Of a stretch of 64,000 nt of DNA, positions 57,062 through 64,000 are shown one piece after another. A program made the position numbers and the translations under genes. The notes under the pieces are model-generated. The model saw nothing but the letters and a program-made list of their open reading frames with translations. It searched no databases and was not told the origin of the DNA. Numbering within the stretch: the first letter of the stretch is position 1; each line of letters begins with the position of its first letter. The stretch lies in the NCBI RefSeq assembly GCF_009914755.1, contig NC_060936.1; one strand, 5' to 3'. The stretch comes from the human T2T-CHM13v2.0 reference genome, Homo sapiens.

Positions 57062-60000
57062 TAGAGACTTCTGATCTTCCATGCTTTGCCACCCTCCCCC
57101 AGGGTTCAGCTGAGCTCTTGTGCACACGCACTGCAGACCTGATGAGGGAATGGGGCACCCAGAGGTGAGAGGGTGGAGGAGCCCGCTAGCCAGCTAGTCT
57201 TCTAGTGGGTGCAGGTCAGGGGTGAGCACCAGGTATGGTGCTCAGTGCTCTTGCCTAGCAAGGGGGGCCTAGTGTCTGTGTTCATGTCCTGCACCTGCCA
57301 TCTGTCTTCTGATCAGAACAGGGTTTGTAGAGGAGGCAGGCTCTCCAGGGACTATGAGAAGGGTGAAAAGGAGAGGGCTCGAGGATCTGGAGGATGGAAG
57401 ATGTACAACGTGGGAGGATGCCTATCCGGTGAAGGGATTGTGGACAAGCAGAGGGAGTGGGGAGGGTGGAGAAGGAGAAGGCAGGAAAAACATGGTGATA
57501 TTGGAAGCCAGAGAAAGGGGCTAATGCAAAGGGTGTCAAACAGATCTGTGGAGCGCTAGGAATTGCTTGGGTACAGCGGTGTGCTGGTTGCAGAAGACCC
57601 CTTTTAGCAATGGCACTTTGGATCATGCGGGGAAGGGCATTAAAGAACGCCAGGTGGAGGAAGGTCTGGAGGACATGGGACTGTGGCTGGGCGGGCAACC
57701 TGGGGAGTCTGTCTGCAGGGGTCTCTAAGCAAACGGCAGTTGCTGGCGGTGAGGATCCTGTGCCTTCTGTTCTCTGTACAGTGAGGGCGGGTGTGTTCTG
57801 AAGCCTCACTCTGCCCCCTGCCCTCTCAAGGGGGGCTTCCCCCGCTTGTTGGCAAGAGCTCATTGGACCCAAATCAGAGCGACAGCTTGTCAGGCCGATA
57901 AGCCTGGGCTCTGGGCAGGAGCTCTTTATGTCTGAGCCATTTAGGACACTCATCGTGACCAGTCCCTGGGGCTCAGAGGCCTGGTTGGGGAGGAGGTTCA
58001 GGGACCCTCAGGAGAGAGCAAGGGTGGAGGGAGGAACGCTGATGTGGTACTGAGTGCACGAGGTGCTCACTTTGTTCCCATTTATGGCAGCTAAAGAGAG
58101 CTGCAGCGAAGCCCCCCTCCCCCTTCCAGCCCCCCTTCACCTGTCCCTTTCTCAGCCTGCCTGCTGGGAGGAGGGGAGTCTGAAAAGTGCATATTTCACA
58201 AAAGCCACTCCGTAGAGGGCTGTGGGTCTTACTCAGGAGCTGTGGGAGGAATATTGACAAGATTCTCTGCATTGCCGATTAGCTTTCTGTCTTCCCACCT
58301 AAATGGAGACTTCTCACAACTTGGGGCAGGGAGGGGCTGGGCTGGGTGGCCACCCAAACAGCCTGCGGGATCCTGGGGTGCCTGGCCATGCATCCTGCAT
58401 TTCCTCCCCACTCCTACAAATGCAGGTGTGCAGCTCTTCTTGGAAGATGCATGCCAGTTAACTCTCGCTTGTATCTGGGATCAAAGTGGCAGAGTGGAAA
58501 AGAGCAGGGAGTTGATCCCAGAGACCTGGGTTCTAGTCCCCGGCATGCTTGCTAACTAGCCGTGTGATCCTGGGCAAACTGCTTCTGTCTCTGGGCCTCA
58601 GTTTCCACATCTGGAAAATGATAGACTTGGACCAGCTCATCTCTGAGGTCTCTCTGGGCCCTGACATTCTGTGGTTGTATATGTTTCTTTTGTTCCCTTT
58701 GTCTTTTTTAAGGAGCTGATGATTATTGAGATATTTTATCTTCCTTATCCTCATAGTAGCGTCGGTAGAGTGATGGACCACGGATGAGTTTCTTCTGTCT
58801 CATAGGTGGTGACACTGAAAGGGGACTGCCTCACCTGGACTACGTGTGTGCTCAGTGTGCTGGAACTCACTGCCTGGACAAAGCTGCCCTAGATTTTGCC
58901 ATTCCTGGAGCTCACAGGCCTGGAGTGAGCGGCTGCCTGCCGCGGGGCTGGGTCGGGACAGGAGCGCTGGGTTCCAGGGTGGACGAACTCCTGTTGGATT
59001 TGCCTCTTCGGACCTCCAGTTCCTTGCTTAGTGGTGGGGGGAGAATCTTCCCTGTTAGCCCATTTCCCACTTCAGGGTAGCAAGAAATGGAAGTCGTTTC
59101 TGGGCCTGGGCAGGAGATGGGGCCACAGCCACAGCAGTCAGTTGATTTGAACACGCCCTCCCCCCTGCAGGGGAGGGCCTTCACGCCCTCTAAGCAGGTA
59201 ATGAGGGGGCGGGCTGCCGTATTAAGCACCCTGGCTACGCTGGGGAGAAGCTCTGCACCTTGTTTGACACACAGAACTGTCGCGGCTCCTTCCTATTGTT
59301 AGAAGCCTTAATTACTATTGTTCCAATTCCTCCCTCCAGCGATCGTCATTAGGAAGAGCGTTCTTGTTTCTTCCTCCTTCCCCCCATCCCCCTGAACACG
59401 TCTTCAGGGCTGTTCCCTGGCGCTGCCTGCCTCTCACCCGGCTCTACCCTGTTCACTGTGCCCTTCTACCCAGGGCAGCCCCTGACAGCCCACCTCCCTC
59501 ATCCCCTGGCCCTGGCCTGCGCTCCCACCTGCTACCTCTTTAGGAAACAAACACATACCCTTCCCACCCCCATCCCCAAGTCTCCCCATTAAAACTCATG
59601 GCTCAAAGCCAGGGATGCTTTACCTTGTGTGTGGATTCAAGAACCTGTCCTACCCGCTTCTCTGGTGGTTGTGAGAATCCAAACCAAGAGAAGGGTGGTG
59701 CCTTAAACTGGAAAGTACTGCACACATTTAGGGGGTGTCCGTGCACCAGCGCCGCAGGCCATAGCTGGCTGGGGGAAGGCTTGGGCTACCCTGCTGCTCT
59801 GCCATTGACTCCCTGGGAGGATCTTTGACTTCAGCTTCTCCTCGGTAAGGTGGGAATCAAATCTTAATCAAACTTGCCTGGCCAACCTGGGAGCCTTGTC
59901 AGTGGGCTGCAATGGGATGGTGATCCTGAAAGTACTCTGAGGCCTAGGAAGGGTTCTGCTGATTGGAATCAGGATCGCCAGCTTATTTTTCTTTTCATGA

Positions 60001-60277
60001 CTTCCTGTTGTTCTCTGTATCTATTTCCATCCCATCTCTCAGCCTTCCTAGAGGGCCCTAAAGCTGTGCAATGATTTGTTCCCTGGGGAATTTCTCCACC
60101 AGGCAGCCCCAAGTCATGTTGCTGGCTCCTGCAGTTGCCTGCTGAGGCACCCCAGCGTCTGACACCTGGGGAACCCCACTTGTGGGCTGTCTGGGAAGTG
60201 TGGGGGTGGGAGGGGCCCCTCATTTCCCTCCAGCTGCCATTTGCTGCTCTCTCCAGGCTCCGTGGTGGGCCCGGCAC

Positions 60278-60409
60278 AGCCTGTATCGGAGTGGAGAACG
60301 TAGGTTGGTCCAGAGCACGTTCCACCGGGACCTCTCCGTCTGGAGCCTGTATCAGAGTGGAGAACGTAGGTTGGTCCAGAGCACGTTCCACCGGGACCTC
60401 TCTGTCTGG
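60278..60409. repeat. Tandem duplication, 2 x 66 bp
   Basis: Copies 60278-60343 and 60344-60409 differ at 2 positions, both CpG transitions. Confidence 0.95.
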
Positions 60410-61892
60410 CTTGCTCAGGCTCATTTCTTCTGTCTGGGGACTTACGGGGATGAGCATGAAAACCTGTGCATCCTGGAATCACAGGGACACGGCTCCATGT
60501 TCCCAGCGGTTGATCCATTATCCCTGGTCGCCCTGCTTCCTTCTCAGTCGCTCTGGCCTCTGCTCCCTCCTGGAGTCCTGGGCTGGGAAGTAACCTCAGT
60601 CCATGCTCAGAGCCACCCCATCCCCACCCCACCCCCACCCCAGCCCTGGGGCCCTCTGGGGGCTGGGGAGTCTGTGCTGTGATTGGCAGGAGTTGGACAG
60701 ATTTGCTTGCTTGGGCTATCTGCCTGTGGGGCTCTCAGCTGGATCATCCTGCGACTACTGACTAAGCAGCCAGATGGCTTTTGCTGGGACCTTCCAGATG
60801 TGGGAGTAGGTTTTGGAGGTGCTCATTCGTGCCCACATGGCCCTGGGTCCACATCTCTTTTGCTCCCCCGAGATGTCCAAGCTCACACTGGGCACTCGCT
60901 GGTCAGAGTGGTTGGGGTTCTGGAGGCGGGGCTTGGGAGGATATGGGGAGCTTCTCCAGCATCAAGCCTCCCTTTTACCAGGATTTTCGTACCGTCTCAA
61001 AGCACCCAAAGCTCTTCTCAAACACATCTCGTCAGTGGGGAGGCTTATACAGAGAGGGAGATGGGGTGCCTGGTGTCCAGGTCCCACTGGGCACAGGGCC
61101 TGCAGGGCTGAGGTGGAACCCACTGGAACCCGGAGTGGCCCTAATGGGCCTGGAAGCCCGTTTGTCACAGGTGTGGTCCGGAGGTGGTTCTGGCTTCCAG
61201 ATTCAGCCATGTGGATCCCCTAAGGGGTCACCTGCTGCCTTTCTCTGCTTCCCAAAAACGTCCACGTGGGCTTTTTTCTCTGCAGGCACCCTAGGGAGGT
61301 GGAACCTCCTTGGCCAAGGCCCTCATCTCTAGCCTTCAGACACAGATCCCCAAGGCCCCTGCTTTGGAGGGCTCTGAGGGCTCCCTGGGTCCTGGTGAAG
61401 GTCCAGGCCAGGCCACCACCCCAAGGGCCCACTGTCCTGGGGGAAGCTGAGCCTCCTGAGTAGGCCCCTGAACTGCAGTTGGAGGAAGGGCTGGAGAGGA
61501 GATGAGAAGTGGCAGACTGGCTGAGAGACTGCTCAGAGGGCAGCCTGTTGCCCGGCTGTTTAATTTACTGGAGTTATTTTTCCTCATCGTTCCCTTTCTT
61601 TGGTGTTCCCAGGCTGCTATTCGTGGCTCTTTCCCTGCTGAGCTCTCTTCACGTCACTGTATTTAGGAGATAACTGAGGAGCTGAGCCTTCCACCTGCCC
61701 CTGGGCCTCATGCCCGGACCTTGGATGCCAGGGGCTGAGGTGTAGCATCCTGGGGTCCCTGATGGCAATGTCCCCTGAGTTGGCTGGGGTTGGGCTTAGA
61801 TCTTGCACTCTACGTGACCGGCAAGGGAGGTGGTCAGAGACACCCTCAGCTTCTCTGACATCTGTCTAGCTATGGAAGTGTCATCTGGAAAG

Positions 61893-61950
61893 ATCCTGCC
61901 CAGTGTTGCTGGGAATGAGCCATCCTGCCCAGTGTTGCTGGGAATGAGCC
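61893..61950. repeat. Perfect tandem duplication, 2 x 29 bp
   Basis: atcctgcccagtgttgctgggaatgagcc occurs twice in tandem. Confidence 0.95.
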
Positions 61951-64000
61951 ACTCCTTCTCTTCTGTCATGCTGGGTCTGTGATGTCCAGAGGCCCCGTGT
62001 CATTGAGGCAGCGGTGAGGGCCCTGTTTGGGCTTGTTCTTGGAGAGGAGGAAGTTGAGTCACCCCAGACCATATTACTCCCTTTCACTTTCCCCAGGGAA
62101 TTCAGAGACTTTTCCCTTTGGGAGGGGGAGAAGATGACCAGAACCCGCAGGGACTCAACTCCCCTGGCTTCAGCTGTCTGCTGCCTGCATCCCTTCACCC
62201 CTTCACCCCTTCACCCCAGCATCTGATCATCTGTCCCTTCCCTGCTTCCAGGCCTTCTCTAGCCTGGTCTGGAAAGTGAGACGTAATATGGGGAAGACAG
62301 CACGTGCTCTAGGGATGGGTGAGCTTGCTTCTCGGTGTCACCACTTCCTGTGTGTACAGTACAGAGCAAGGTGCTTAACTTTTAGAACCTTGACCTTCTC
62401 ATCTATAAAATGGGTTGATGATGAGACTACTTTCTAGATGGGTTCAAGGAGCAACTGAAACACTGTATGAAGAGGTTTCAGGTCATTGTGTGGTGTGTGG
62501 CGGGTGTGTTGGGGCCAGCTGAGTTTTGCATGGGATAATGATACCCTCTGGGGTGGCATAGCCATGCTCCTTGGCAGGACAATATGGGATGTGTACAGAT
62601 TTTGGGTGTGCATGCCTGCGTCCTGTGCTCAGCCCCCATTTTTTCTGTGGGCCCTGGTTTTCTCTAGGCTTTGTTTTGGCTTTCTCTTCAGCAGAATGAG
62701 GTGTTCTGTGTCTCCCACCAACCCCAACTTCCTCGGGGCAGGGAGCAAAGGACAGATGGGGAGTGAGCTCACAGCTCTGAGTGCTTTGAGATCGCAGCTG
62801 AGGTCAGGGAGGAAAGAGGAGGAGGCGTGTTCTCTGCTTTTAGGATGCTCCCTTGAGACTGCATGTTTAAGCTAGATTTGAAACCTCTTACTGAGCTCTC
62901 AAAAGGACCGCCAGGAGGAGACCTTTGGGGCCTGCAGTGGCCAGACTAGCTAGGGATCTGGTTGGGGCTATGATGGCCAGGACTTCTCACCTGGCCTTCT
63001 CAGGCAAGCCTGGGTGGGCCAGGGGTGATGGCGGTAGGAGCGGGCCTGGCTGCCTTCCTGAGGGCCTTGGCAGAGATGGAGTAAAAGATAAAAGTAGGAC
63101 CTGGGAATGGGGAGGAGGAGAGGAAAAACGCAAAGGGGAAAGGAAGGAGAAGGCACCAGGAAGGCTAGCTACTCTAGCACTGGGGGCTGAGCCCGCTTGG
63201 CTGGGTGCCTCGGGCCGCCTCCCTTCCTCTCTGCAGTGATTAAGACATCACCAGCTGCCTGTGTTCTTAGCCCCGCTGGCTCTCCGCTGCCAATAACAAA
63301 TGCATCTGGCTGGAATCTGGGTCATTAAAAAAAACAACCTGATATTTCTCTTTTTCCTTTACCCCCCGGCAATCCATCCTCTGGAATATAGCTGGAGCCC
63401 CCCAAAGAGAGGTCAGAGGTCGCAGAAAACCATGGTGGACATGTCAGCTGTCAGGGCCACTCAGGCAGCCAGCCAGCCACTCTTGCTGGATGTCTGTTTT
63501 CTGTTGTGTCTGAGTTGTTGTGAAGTGAAGGCCCCAAATACAGAGCGATGTGCCAGAGACAAGGGCTTACAGGTGGCCCTTCCCACCCGTGGGCGGCCGG
63601 GGGAGGCCGGACGGTGTAGTGGCTGTGATGGGGGCTGTGTGTGTAAGCTCGGAGTTGGACAGCCTTGGGTGTCAGTCACTGTTGCCTGTGTGATCTAGCA
63701 AGAATGTTCGACCTCTCTAGACTCAGTTTTGTTCCTTTTTGTGAACAATGACAGTGACATGCAACCTGCCCTGTGCGGTTGTTGAGTGGGATGCACAGGG
63801 ACTGTCCTGGCACAACACTCAAGGAAGGGTGGCCACTGCCTTAGTTTGTCACCATCATTATCCTATCTCTGTTGAGTGGCACCTCCTGCGGGAGCTGTGT
63901 TTGCTCAGCCGCAGTACCGACCCCCATCTCCCGGTGTGGGTCGGGCACCTGTCCAAGGCGGACCTTCTGTGAGGATGGAGGGAGGGCGCCTTCACCTCCT

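Overview
Human/primate genomic DNA: a GC-rich, Alu/L1/L2/MIR/MaLR-containing, almost wholly intronic stretch of the tetraspanin-9 gene (TSPAN9, + strand). The gene is recognised from the 80-bp exon 45672-45751, which encodes MARGCLCCLKYMMFLFNLIFW and is flanked by canonical AG/GTAAGT sites. That exon sits at the 3' edge of an internal CpG island (~44130-45640) with CCAAT and GC boxes. The most notable observation is a strong-Kozak ATG at 45416. It opens a stop-free, codon-biased 91-codon frame that runs through the splice acceptor into the canonical TSPAN9 ATG, suggesting a promoter-switched long TSPAN9 isoform with a Ser-rich N-terminal extension. Other highlights are a ~1.73-kb 16-bp-unit minisatellite just upstream of the island (stop-free on +, Chi octamers on -, ~450-bp higher-order periodicity), a full-length RPS27 retrocopy with an intact ORF, a trimeric mosaic AluY inside one TSD pair, and several small tandem duplications and candidate enhancers. 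Repeat subfamily calls and boundaries were made by eye, and comparisons with reference sequences are from memory. Most of the supplied ORFs are spurious.
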